A stretch of DNA of 64,000 bases from an uncultured Chloroflexia bacterium (GTDB lineage Bacteria; Chloroflexota; Anaerolineae; Anaerolineales; RBG-16-64-43): assembly GCA_963724345.1 (NCBI GenBank), contig CAVRUI010000001.1:14201-78200 (forward strand), given 5' to 3'. Below are positions 11,360 to 20,176 of this stretch, piece after piece (positions within the stretch are counted from its first letter, which is position 1; each line of letters begins with the position of its first letter). The position numbers and the translations under genes are program-made. The notes beneath the pieces are model-generated. The model saw only the letters and a program-made list of their open reading frames with translations. It was not told the origin of the DNA and did no database searches.

Positions 11360-12430
11360 TTATCGGATGTGTATAGGATTAGAGAAAATCCATCCGCGCA
11401 ACCGGCCGCGGAAACGCCGCCGGGCTTCCAGCCGGTAGGCGCCCGGCAGGCGCGGGGCAAATGAACCCTCCGCCCCCGTGCCTGCCGCGACGATTCCTTC
11501 ACCGGCTCGGATGATCCGCCATTCGGCGGGATGCGGAAGCCCGGTTTTCAGCACAGGACCGGAAGCCAGGGGGACCTCTCCTCCCGGACCGGTGCTTGCG
11601 CCATCCGCCTCCGCCCGAAAACGGAATCCTTTGGTCGGTTTGGAGAGGTCGTACGCCACCCATCCGCTTCCCGTTTTCAAAGCTTCGGTGATCGTCCGGC
11701 CGTCCGTTTCCGCGTCCCCGGTGATTTTTTCGACGAGGACATGCAGGGTGACGGCGCGGAAAAGATATTCGTACGAGAAAACGATCTTGTGCAGCGGCCC
11801 CAGCGAATAGGAGTGGCCGTGCGCGTCCGGGCCGCCGACGGCGGATACGCGCCGCCCTTCCGCAAGGTACCGGTCCCACAGGGCGAGGGTTTGGGGGTCC
11901 GGTCCGAGAATCCCGGCCGAGGGAAAGAACGCATAAAAGATCATCTCGAGCCGGTTTTGAAAGAGCGATTTGAACTCGCTCATATAATTCCAGATTTCCA
12001 ATCCGGAAAACCCCTGCACATCCAGGGTGTCCCACCCCAGCGCTTCTTCGTGCACCAGCGGCGAGGCGGGATCGTAGGGGTGCGCCAGGAATGCCGCGCC
12101 ACCGGCATCCCGCACGGCGTCGATCAGCTTCTGCGGTTCGCGGGCGAACCGGCTGAGGTCGGTGCGGGCGCCGACGGCCAGCAGGTGGTTCTTCTGGGGA
12201 ATGCGGTCCTGATGGTGAATCTCCTCACCGGCCAGAACGAGCACGCGCCGGCCGCCGGGAAAATCCATCCAGCGGTCCACGCCGCTGACGTAGACGTTAT
12301 GATCGGTGGTGATGAGGAAATCCAGCCCGGCCTTCGCCGCGGCGGCGGCCAGGTCCGCGTGATACAATTCCCCGTCGGAATATCCCGTATGGTTGTGAAG
12401 GCTTCCGGTCAGTTCAAGCATGTCACCCAT
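11360..12430 (-). CDS. PHP-domain (CehA/McbA-type) metallohydrolase
   Basis: HNHTGYSDG, TDHN, GEEI, AHP, EIWN and GGPDAH motifs. Confidence 0.85.
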   Translation of the reverse strand: MGDMLELTGSLHNHTGYSDGELYHADLAAAAAKAGLDFLITTDHNVYVSGVDRWMDFPGGRRVLVLAGEEIHHQDRIPQKNHLLAVGARTDLSRFAREPQKLIDAVRDAGGAAFLAHPYDPASPLVHEEALGWDTLDVQGFSGLEIWNYMSEFKSLFQNRLEMIFYAFFPSAGILGPDPQTLALWDRYLAEGRRVSAVGGPDAHGHSYSLGPLHKIVFSYEYLFRAVTLHVLVEKITGDAETDGRTITEALKTGSGWVAYDLSKPTKGFRFRAEADGASTGPGGEVPLASGPVLKTGLPHPAEWRIIRAGEGIVAAGTGAEGSFAPRLPGAYRLEARRRFRGRLRGWIFSNPIHIR

Positions 12431-12480
12431 CCCGGGGAAAGGATAGCATAGCCTCCGGTGCCGCGCAATTCATCCCGCCC

Positions 12481-13032
12481 ATGGACACGATCCCAACCCG
12501 CCCGGTAATAGAGAAATCCCCCGAACCGCAGCCGTCCGCGCAGCCTGAATCTGCGCCGGCGCCGGTGGGCGGTTTGCGCGCATCGCTTGCCTGGTGGGTG
12601 TGGCCGGCCGGCGCGGTGATCGGGCTGGCCATCGTGATCGTCGCCTGGGTGCTCCTGTTCGCCGCCCCGCTGCCTCAGCTGCCCGCGGAAGCCGTCCCGC
12701 CGTATTTTACCGTTTACCCGCCGCCGACCTACACTCCCATTCCGCCGACGCTGACCATCACCCCGTTCTACACGGCCACGCCCGCAATCCCGACGGTCGT
12801 GCCTGGAACGATCGGCGTCGGGGCGATGGTGGAAGTGACCGAGGACGGCCTGCGGCTGCGGGATGAGCCGTCGCTCACGGGCAAGATCCTCAACCAGGCC
12901 GGTGCGCACGAGTTGTTCACCGTCATCGAGGGGCCGCGCCAGGCCGATGGATACACCTGGTGGCTGCTGCAGGGGGTGTACGATAAATCGCGCCAGGGGT
13001 GGGCGGTGGAAACTTACCTGAAGCCGTCGTAG
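12481..13032 (+). CDS. Membrane-anchored SH3-domain protein
   Basis: Single TM, Pro/Thr linker, GLRLRDEPSL...GYTWW...GWAVETYL (bacterial SH3). Confidence 0.8.
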   Translation: MDTIPTRPVIEKSPEPQPSAQPESAPAPVGGLRASLAWWVWPAGAVIGLAIVIVAWVLLFAAPLPQLPAEAVPPYFTVYPPPTYTPIPPTLTITPFYTATPAIPTVVPGTIGVGAMVEVTEDGLRLRDEPSLTGKILNQAGAHELFTVIEGPRQADGYTWWLLQGVYDKSRQGWAVETYLKPS

Positions 13033-13041
13033 CGTGGACGG

Positions 13042-13647
13042 CTATAGTTTCGGAAACACCCTCCCGGTCCGTTTCCTATACTCCCGGTACTCCTCTCCGA
13101 ACGCATCGATCATCATTTGCTCCTCGCGCGGCACCCGCACGAGGAACACGGCGCACATCAGCACCCCGAAGGCGACGAGAATCCAATTGGCGGAAACCAG
13201 CGCCAGGCCGCCCGTCCAGACGATCATCCCCGAATAGAGCGGATGTCGCATCCGGGCGTACGGCCCCGTTGTCACCAAACGATGCTTTTCCCGCAACTGC
13301 AGCTGGGGCGACCATTCTTTTCCCAGAGCGATCTGAGCCCAAATCCAAAGGCCGAGGCCGACCAGTCCGAGGAAGAATCCCGCCCAACGGATGATGCCCG
13401 GGATCGGGATGGAGAGCGCGGCCAGCCAGGCCGGCTGGAGGGCAAAGGCAGCCAACAAGCCGACGACCAAAAAGCCTCCGAGGACACGGACGAGGAACGC
13501 CGCCATCCCTTCGCGTTTGACGGCGGCGCGGTCGGGCATCACCCTTTCCCCGGCCAGCCGGACCCGCAGCGTGAAAACGATGCGCATCACCATCACGCCC
13601 AGGATGAGAACCCAAAAAAGAATTAGGAATAGTTGTTCGGATGCCAT
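13042..13647 (-). CDS. Isoprenylcysteine carboxyl methyltransferase (ICMT/PEMT) family protein
   Basis: HRLVTTGPYARMRHPLYSG and REEQMM...FGEEYREY. Confidence 0.9.
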   Translation of the reverse strand: MASEQLFLILFWVLILGVMVMRIVFTLRVRLAGERVMPDRAAVKREGMAAFLVRVLGGFLVVGLLAAFALQPAWLAALSIPIPGIIRWAGFFLGLVGLGLWIWAQIALGKEWSPQLQLREKHRLVTTGPYARMRHPLYSGMIVWTGGLALVSANWILVAFGVLMCAVFLVRVPREEQMMIDAFGEEYREYRKRTGRVFPKL

Positions 13648-13827
13648 AGACACCTCTTTTATTCCCAATCAGATCGTCATGCCTGCGCCTGCCCTCCGCG
13701 TATCGCATCCCGGCACTCGATCCTGGTTTAGGAGTGGGGATGATCGCGAAGCGAGGGTGCCCTTGGCAGGCATCCACGAAATCTTGTCGAACCGGAAGGG
13801 CGATCCATTGGATCGCCCTCTACACGA

Positions 13828-14517
13828 TCACCAGATTCCCGGCACAAGCCGCGCGGTATTCCGGCCGTAGGCTTCCCATTCCGCGCCGAACTCGTTTTTC
13901 AACAGCGCTTCCTCGTCGTGAATGCGCAGGAGCAGTATGGCGAGGATGACCGGCGCGGCGGCCAGGCCGATCCAGGACCGGAAGGCCAGGGAGAAACCGG
14001 CGGTGAGAAGAATAATTCCCAGATAGCGGGGATGGCGGATCCAACGGAACGGTCCGGACGTGATCAGGTGATGATCTTTTTGGATGGTCACTTCGGGGGA
14101 GTATTGTTTGCCGAGCGCCAGCCCCGACCAATAAATGAATCCATAGGCGGCGGCGCAGAGCACGGCGCCGATCCAGCGGAGGACGGCGCCTTCGGCGAGC
14201 GTCCCGATCCCGCGCCGGTCGAAAAAGGGGATCGCCAGCAGCGCGAGATACAGCCCGGTTACCAGCCCGATCCGGACGACGGTTTCCCGCCGGTTGAGTT
14301 TGGATTCATCGCCCTTGCCGCCGCGAATCCCTTCCGTCCCGGAAATCGCCTGGATGCCCACGGCCGCCGCGAACAATCCGACCGCTGCGGCATACCCCGT
14401 TCTGGGCGCGAGGGAGAAGAACCCGCCCAAATCCGCGAGCCCCCATCCGAGGAGCGGCAGTCCGAGATAGATCAGCACTGTGGCAACAAAGAATAAAAAA
14501 GCGCGGAGATATTTCAT
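13828..14517 (-). CDS. ICMT/PEMT family protein
   Basis: HHLITSGPFRWIRHPRYLG and EEALL...FGAEWEAY...RLVPGIW. Confidence 0.9.
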   Translation of the reverse strand: MKYLRAFLFFVATVLIYLGLPLLGWGLADLGGFFSLAPRTGYAAAVGLFAAAVGIQAISGTEGIRGGKGDESKLNRRETVVRIGLVTGLYLALLAIPFFDRRGIGTLAEGAVLRWIGAVLCAAAYGFIYWSGLALGKQYSPEVTIQKDHHLITSGPFRWIRHPRYLGIILLTAGFSLAFRSWIGLAAAPVILAILLLRIHDEEALLKNEFGAEWEAYGRNTARLVPGIW

Positions 14518-14565
14518 GGGTAATCAACTCCTTTCGATTTGCCCCTCTCGAAATGGATGGCGGGC

Positions 14566-15279
14566 TTACCAAATCCCGGGAACGAGGCGGTAAGCCACCT
14601 CTTTGGCGTACTCCTTGTATCCGGCCAGCTCGTTTTGGAGCATGCGATCCTCGAGCGCGGTCCGGACGATCATGCATGCCGCGGCCATGGCGGCGGGGAT
14701 CAGCGACCACAGGGATCCCAAAAGGATGGAAGTGCCCGGGGATTGCAGGATGGCGCCGATATATCCGGGGTGCCGGACGAATTGATACGGCCCGGTCCGG
14801 CAGACCGTCTGGCCGCGGTCGCTTTGGATGCGCGCGGCGGTGGAGAAATAGGCGTTGGAGATCATCGCCCAGCTGAAAAGCGCCATGCCGGCCGCGAACA
14901 CCACGCCCCCGGCGATATTCCACGCCGGTCCCAATCCGCGGGTCCAGCCGAAACGCGCATCCAGGCCGGCCACGATCGGGACCGCGAGGTAATACATGAT
15001 TCCCCACAACCCGCCGACCATCTTGTCCCAATTCTTGAATTCCTTGGGGCGACCGCGTTCGGCGATGGTCTCAAGGCCGTTGCGCAGCATGAAGACCCCG
15101 TTGATGAGTATGACGGCGAGGTTAATCCCAAGGAAGATCCAGGCTCCGGTCCAATCCAGGCGTCCGGCGGCGGCAAACAGGATTGCGCCCTGAAGGGCAA
15201 GCACGACGAAGACGGTGACCATGCGGGTGACGGCCGCCGCCACGAGGTTGGATCGCTCCGGAGACGTTCGGGTATCCAT
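14566..15279 (-). CDS. ICMT/PEMT family protein
   Basis: TGPYQFVRHPGYIG and EDRMLQNELAGYKEY...RLVPGIW. Confidence 0.9.
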   Translation of the reverse strand: MDTRTSPERSNLVAAAVTRMVTVFVVLALQGAILFAAAGRLDWTGAWIFLGINLAVILINGVFMLRNGLETIAERGRPKEFKNWDKMVGGLWGIMYYLAVPIVAGLDARFGWTRGLGPAWNIAGGVVFAAGMALFSWAMISNAYFSTAARIQSDRGQTVCRTGPYQFVRHPGYIGAILQSPGTSILLGSLWSLIPAAMAAACMIVRTALEDRMLQNELAGYKEYAKEVAYRLVPGIW

Positions 15280-15385
15280 ACGAACCTCCTGATCCCGCGC
15301 CGGGTCCGGCGCAGGCGAAAAAGGGGAAGCAAGGATGAATTGTGAGGTCGGAGTTTCTGGGAGAAGATTTCGCGGAAAAGAAACG

Positions 15386-15709
15386 CTACTCTTCTTCCTG
15401 CACGTGCCGCACGCCCTGCCAGAAGAGGGTCAGGACATGCGGATCGTCGACGCGGTAAAACACTTCCCGCCCCGCCTTGCGGCTGGAAACCAGGCGCAGG
15501 TGGCGCAACTGGCGCATGTGATGCGAGACGGCGGATTCCGAGATGCCCACCGATTGGGCCAGGGCCCCGACGTTGTGTTCCCCCGCCGACAGGCAGGCGA
15601 GGATCCGCACCCGGCTGGTATCCCCGAAGGCGGTAAACAGCTCGGCGATATGCGCGGCCATATGCTCGTCCAGGCTTTCGGTTTTTCGGGATAAAGTTTT
15701 TTTCGCCAT
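15386..15709 (-). CDS. ArsR/SmtB family metalloregulator, alpha5 (Zn/Co-type) site
   Basis: HTH VGALAQSVGISESAVSHHMRQL; alpha5 motif D-P-H-x10-H-x2-E (DPHVLTLFWQGVRHVQE). Confidence 0.9.
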   Translation of the reverse strand: MAKKTLSRKTESLDEHMAAHIAELFTAFGDTSRVRILACLSAGEHNVGALAQSVGISESAVSHHMRQLRHLRLVSSRKAGREVFYRVDDPHVLTLFWQGVRHVQEEE

Positions 15710-15751
15710 GCCGTCCCCTCCCGCTTGCCGCGAAGTTGAAAGATTGATATA

Positions 15752-15765
15752 TGAATAACTATTCA
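15752..15765. promoter_or_regulatory. SmtB/ArsR-type operator inverted repeat
   Basis: TGAATAACTATTCA (reverse complement TGAATAGTTATTCA), ~45 bp upstream of the ArsR start; resembles the SmtB operator core TGAACAGTTATTCA. Confidence 0.75.
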
Positions 15766-15850
15766 AACATTAAGGATAATATGCCCGCTCCCGGCTCCTG
15801 TCAATCCCCATTTGCCGTGGATGTACAATTGACCTTCGACCAGGAGGCAT

Positions 15851-16732
15851 ATGAAGCGAATTGCTGTTTTGGGTCTCGGGATCATCGGGGGCGGAATTGC
15901 CCGGAACCTGCTGCGCAAGGGGTTCCCGGTCGCGGTGTGGAACCGCACCCCGGGACGGGCGGAGCCCTTCCGGGGGCTGGGCGCGGAGCCGGCGGAAAGC
16001 CCGGCGGCCGCCGCCCGCGGGGCGGAAGTGGTGATCGACGCGGTGACCGATGTGGCCGCTTCCCGCGGGGTGTGGACCGGCGAACAGGGCGCCCTGGCCG
16101 CCATGGCGCCCGGCGCAACCGCGATCGAATGCGCGACCCTCTCCGTGAATTGGATCCGGGAACTGGATGCGCGGAGCGCCGGGCGGGGGATACCGTTTAT
16201 CGATTGCCCGGTGACGGGCGGCCGGGAGGGGGCGGAAAAGGGGACTCTGACACTCCTGATGGGCGCCAGGGAGGAGGATCTGGCGGCGGTCCGTCCGGTC
16301 CTCGAGGCGTTCTCCGCCCGCATCTTCCTGTTCGGCGCGCCGGGGATGGGCACGGCGTATAAACTGATCAACAATCTGATGCTGGCCGCGCAGATCCTGG
16401 TGACCGGGGAAGGGATCGCCTTCGCCGAGCGGAGCGGACTTGACCTTTCGCTCGTGGCGGATTCCATCCAGGCCGGTGCGATGGCCAGCCCGATCATCAA
16501 AGGGAAGCTTCCGTTCATCCTGAAAAGGGATTTCTCCGACACGAATTTCGCCCTGCGCTGGATGCTCAAGGATCTCCGCTACGGATTGGAGTACGCGGCC
16601 GAAATCGGCCTGCGCCTCCCGGACGCGGAACGGATTTGCGAACTCTTTGCGGAAGCCGATGCGCGCGGGTGGGGCGGCCAGGATTACGCCGTCGTCACGG
16701 AGCTGGCCCGCCTGCCGCGCCGGGACGCGTAG
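15851..16732 (+). CDS. 3-hydroxyisobutyrate dehydrogenase family NAD(P)-dependent oxidoreductase
   Basis: LGLGIIG...VWNRT, DCPVTGG, YKLINN and WMLKDL motifs; AGGAGG RBS. Confidence 0.9.
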   Translation: MKRIAVLGLGIIGGGIARNLLRKGFPVAVWNRTPGRAEPFRGLGAEPAESPAAAARGAEVVIDAVTDVAASRGVWTGEQGALAAMAPGATAIECATLSVNWIRELDARSAGRGIPFIDCPVTGGREGAEKGTLTLLMGAREEDLAAVRPVLEAFSARIFLFGAPGMGTAYKLINNLMLAAQILVTGEGIAFAERSGLDLSLVADSIQAGAMASPIIKGKLPFILKRDFSDTNFALRWMLKDLRYGLEYAAEIGLRLPDAERICELFAEADARGWGGQDYAVVTELARLPRRDA

Positions 16733-16754
16733 GGTCAAGGATCCCCATTTCACC

Positions 16755-18278
16755 ATGAACCTGCGGCGTTTTTCCCCGATTGAATACCGCACCCGCTGGA
16801 TTAATTTCGTGTGGACCCTCGCCGCGGTGGCATTGACCACCGCCATCCTGCTCTTGCTCCGCTCGACCCTTTCCAACCAGGTGATCGCCCTGCTCTACCT
16901 CCTCCCGGTGATGCTCAGCGCGACGCGCTGGGGGCTTTTGCCGGCGTTGACCGCTTCGCTGACCTCGTTCTTCGCCTTCAACTTCTTCTTCCTGTTTCCC
17001 ACGTTTACCTTTGCGGTGGGCAATCCGGAGGAACTCCTGGCCCTGATGATCTTCCTGATCGTGGCCGTCATCATCAGCCAGGCCGTCGCTTCCGCGAACA
17101 CGCATGCCATGCGGGCGGAAATCCGGGAGCGGGAAGCCACGACGCTGTACGCGCTCTCGCGCGTGCTCGAGGAGCAAGCCGGTCTGGACGATACTCTGGC
17201 TTCGGTCACCCGGATGATCACGGAAGTTTTCGGGTTCGCCGGCTGTGAAATCCTGGTGAGTTCGGACGATCCGGTGTTTCGATCCGGGGCGCGTTTCATG
17301 GCCGGCCCGGCCGCCGGGATCGGGCAGCCCGCCGGCGGGACGCGGGAGGTGGATATCCCGCTGGCGGCGCGCCAGACGAATGTCGGGATCCTCCGTCTGC
17401 ATATTCGGGAAACTAATCCGCCGCCCGACGCAAGCATCCTGCGCCTGTTGACGACCTTCGGGGCGCAGGCGGGCCTGTATATCGAACGTGCCGAGTTAAG
17501 CCGCGAAGCAAGCCGGGCGCAGCTTCTTGAAGAGAGCGACCGCTTGAAATCGGCGCTGCTGTCTTCGGTCTCGCATGATCTGCGCACCCCGCTGGCCGCG
17601 ATCAAAGCCTCGGCCACTGTCCTCCTGCAGGAGGATGCCGCGCTGGATGCGACCACCCGTTCCGATCTGCTCTCGGCCATCAACGAGGAGACCGACCGGC
17701 TCAACCGCCTGGTGGGCGACCTGCTGGATCAATCCCGGATCGAAGCGGGCGCGCTTCGCCTCAAACGCGATTGGTGCGATATGGACGAACTGATCCGTGC
17801 GGGTGTGCGGCGGCTCGCGACATCCCTGGCGGTGTTCCGGATCCAACTCCACATGGACCCCGGCCTGCCGCTGATCATGGCCGATTATGTCCAGGTGGAC
17901 AGGGTCATCAGCAATCTTCTCGACAACGCGATCCGGTTCGCCCCTCCCGGATCGGCCATCGACATCTCGGCCCGCGCCGGAAATGGAAATTTGACGGTCG
18001 CCGTCACCAACCAGGGTCCGGCGATCCCGGCCCGGCTGCACCCCAACCTGTTCGACAAGTTCTACCGGATTTCGGAGGACCGCTCGCCGAATATGGGCAC
18101 CGGGCTGGGCCTTTCCATTTGCAAGGGGATCGTCGAGGCGCACGGCGGGCGGATCTGGGTGGAGAGTCCGGTTGCGGGAGATTCCGGGACGCGGTTCACA
18201 TTCACCCTGCCGCTGCCGGGAAGCGCCGGAGAAAAGAAGGAACGGGATGAAGAAAACCAAAATCCTGATCGTGGATGA
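16755..18278 (+). CDS. kdpD: KdpD-like sensor histidine kinase (DUF4118 TM + GAF + HisKA + HATPase), lacking the N-terminal KdpD/USP domains
   Basis: AFNFFFLFPTFTF, LLSSVSHDLRTPL, GTGLGLSICKGIVEAHGG; overlaps the downstream regulator. Confidence 0.8.
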   Translation: MNLRRFSPIEYRTRWINFVWTLAAVALTTAILLLLRSTLSNQVIALLYLLPVMLSATRWGLLPALTASLTSFFAFNFFFLFPTFTFAVGNPEELLALMIFLIVAVIISQAVASANTHAMRAEIREREATTLYALSRVLEEQAGLDDTLASVTRMITEVFGFAGCEILVSSDDPVFRSGARFMAGPAAGIGQPAGGTREVDIPLAARQTNVGILRLHIRETNPPPDASILRLLTTFGAQAGLYIERAELSREASRAQLLEESDRLKSALLSSVSHDLRTPLAAIKASATVLLQEDAALDATTRSDLLSAINEETDRLNRLVGDLLDQSRIEAGALRLKRDWCDMDELIRAGVRRLATSLAVFRIQLHMDPGLPLIMADYVQVDRVISNLLDNAIRFAPPGSAIDISARAGNGNLTVAVTNQGPAIPARLHPNLFDKFYRISEDRSPNMGTGLGLSICKGIVEAHGGRIWVESPVAGDSGTRFTFTLPLPGSAGEKKERDEENQNPDRG

Positions 18279-18939
18279 CGAGCCCCAGATCCTGCGCGCG
18301 CTGCGTGCCGGGCTGGTGGCCCAGGGGTATGAGGTGGTCAGCGCCGCCGACGGGGAGGAAGCGCTGGACAAGGCCTCGTCCGAACTGCCGGATGCGATCA
18401 TCCTCGACCTCAACCTCCCGCGCAAATCCGGACTGGAAGTTTGCCGCGAACTCCGGGAATGGTCGACGGCGCCGATCATCGTGCTCTCGGTGAGGGATTC
18501 GGAACGCGACAAGGTCACCGCCCTGGACCTGGGGGCGGATGATTACCTGACCAAACCGTTCAGCACCGGCGAATTGCAGGCGCGGTTGAGGGTGGCGCTT
18601 AAGCACGCCGCGGCGCGGGAAGGCGCGGGCGAACCGGTCATGCACGCAGGCAACATCACGATCGACCTCGCCCGGCACATCGTCGAGCGGGGCGGGGAAG
18701 AAGTCCATCTGACGGCGACCGAATACAATCTTCTGGCGTATCTGGCCACCAATGCCGGACGTGTCCTGACTCATACTCAAATCATGGAGCATGTCTGGGG
18801 AGCCGGGTACGAAAGCGAGACCCAGAACCTGAGGGTGTATATCAGCCAGCTGCGGCGCAAGCTGGATCCGGATTCGGAACAGCCGCAAATGATCACCACC
18901 GAGCCGGGAATCGGTTATCGGTTCATCATCGACGAATAG
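18247..18939 (+). CDS. kdpE: KdpE-like OmpR-family response regulator
   Basis: ILIVDDEPQI, ALDLGADDYLTKPF, LRVYISQLRRKL, TEPGIGYRF. Confidence 0.88.
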   Translation: MKKTKILIVDDEPQILRALRAGLVAQGYEVVSAADGEEALDKASSELPDAIILDLNLPRKSGLEVCRELREWSTAPIIVLSVRDSERDKVTALDLGADDYLTKPFSTGELQARLRVALKHAAAREGAGEPVMHAGNITIDLARHIVERGGEEVHLTATEYNLLAYLATNAGRVLTHTQIMEHVWGAGYESETQNLRVYISQLRRKLDPDSEQPQMITTEPGIGYRFIIDE

Positions 18940-19054
18940 CCTCTCTTTTTCGATCCCATCCAATCCCCTCTTCATTAATAAGCATGGGAAAGTCCGCGGT
19001 TCCCGCCGAAACCGTCTATTTCTCCTGCTTTTCCCCATCCTCCCTTCGCATCCC

Positions 19055-19103
19055 TTTATCTTTTTCTTATACCGGCGCCTGTTTTCCTTATCCTTTCCTT
19101 ACA
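19055..19103 (+). promoter_or_regulatory. Two putative KdpE boxes
   Basis: TTTATC-TTTTT-CTTATA (19055-19071) and CTTATC-CTTTC-CTTACA (19087-19103); compare the E. coli kdpFABC box TTTATA-CTTTT-TTTACA. Confidence 0.6.
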
Positions 19104-19150
19104 TCACCGTCATAAGATTTCCCGGTGAAAGGAAGGTTTAAGGATTTTCC

Positions 19151-20152
19151 ATGGACCCGGTCGCAGAATCCCAATTGTTAATTCGATTGCAGGGAATGGA
19201 TATTCCCGCGGAAGCGGCCTCCGATCCATCGCTCTGGCAGCTGAAAGAAGCCCGCGCCCGGGAGGATCTGTTATTCCAGAACCAATCCGGCGAAACCCGG
19301 GACCATCTTCAACATCAGGCGGCCCGGATTGCCAAAGCGTTGATGGAAGGGAAAGGTGAATTAAATTTCCGCCTGCCCGGCCGGGTTTCCTGGCCGCAGG
19401 CGCATGGGAAGCTGTTTTCCGCCGTCGACGTGCCGGAGGATTTCCGCGAGCAGAAAGTATCCGGATTCTTGGGCTTGATCCCGGTAAAGGATGCCCGGAC
19501 TGCGTTTCGCGGCCGGCTTGCCCAATTGGAGAATTCCGGCTACACCGGCGTAAGCGCAAGCGCCGCATTGCTGCGTTTCGCGATTGTCCGGCAAATCGTC
19601 CATGATCTCATCCCCGAACAACTGGCCGCCGGTTTTCCGGCCGCGGCCGCGAATTCCTTCGTCCTGCCGGAAGAACCGAAAGATAACCATTTCCTGCAGG
19701 ACGCTGAACTGGCCATCCCGCGGCTTCGGGACGGATTGAATACGCTTCACCAGGCGGTCTCGCTCGCCCCGTATATGTATGCCGATGAGGAGTACCAGGG
19801 AAAAAGGGACATCCTGCTTGCCCGGATGCTTTCCCTCGGCCATGCGGTTGCGGATGGCCATCTCCGGAACATCGTGCGCACGATCCGGCGCCGCGCGGAT
19901 GCGGACGACCTCAACCGCGGGCTGCGGCTGAGCCTGCCGTATTTTGACGACCGCGCGCTGGAAATGAAGCTGCACGAGTTCGAGGTCATTCCGCCGGGGC
20001 GGACGATGTTCGTGCCGGCGTTCGTGGCGCTGGCCGCCGCGGGGGAACAGGAAAAGATCGGACAGGAAAAATCCCTCAGCCCCTCGACCCGCGTGCATCT
20101 CCTCGCCGAACTGAAAAGCCTGGAACAGGCTTTCGACACCCGGCCCCGATAA
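19151..20152 (+). CDS. Hypothetical cytoplasmic protein
   Basis: 333-aa ORF with AAGGA RBS; first gene after the KdpE boxes; no recognised motif. Confidence 0.7.
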   Translation: MDPVAESQLLIRLQGMDIPAEAASDPSLWQLKEARAREDLLFQNQSGETRDHLQHQAARIAKALMEGKGELNFRLPGRVSWPQAHGKLFSAVDVPEDFREQKVSGFLGLIPVKDARTAFRGRLAQLENSGYTGVSASAALLRFAIVRQIVHDLIPEQLAAGFPAAAANSFVLPEEPKDNHFLQDAELAIPRLRDGLNTLHQAVSLAPYMYADEEYQGKRDILLARMLSLGHAVADGHLRNIVRTIRRRADADDLNRGLRLSLPYFDDRALEMKLHEFEVIPPGRTMFVPAFVALAAAGEQEKIGQEKSLSPSTRVHLLAELKSLEQAFDTRPR

Positions 20153-20176
20153 TCCTTTCTTAAGAAAGAGTATGGT

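Noticed and set aside
13042-15279. ICMT trio as modifiers of the prenylated peptide
   Set aside because: They lie ~30 kb away under a metal-type repressor and the peptide has no Cys; there is no evidence of linkage.
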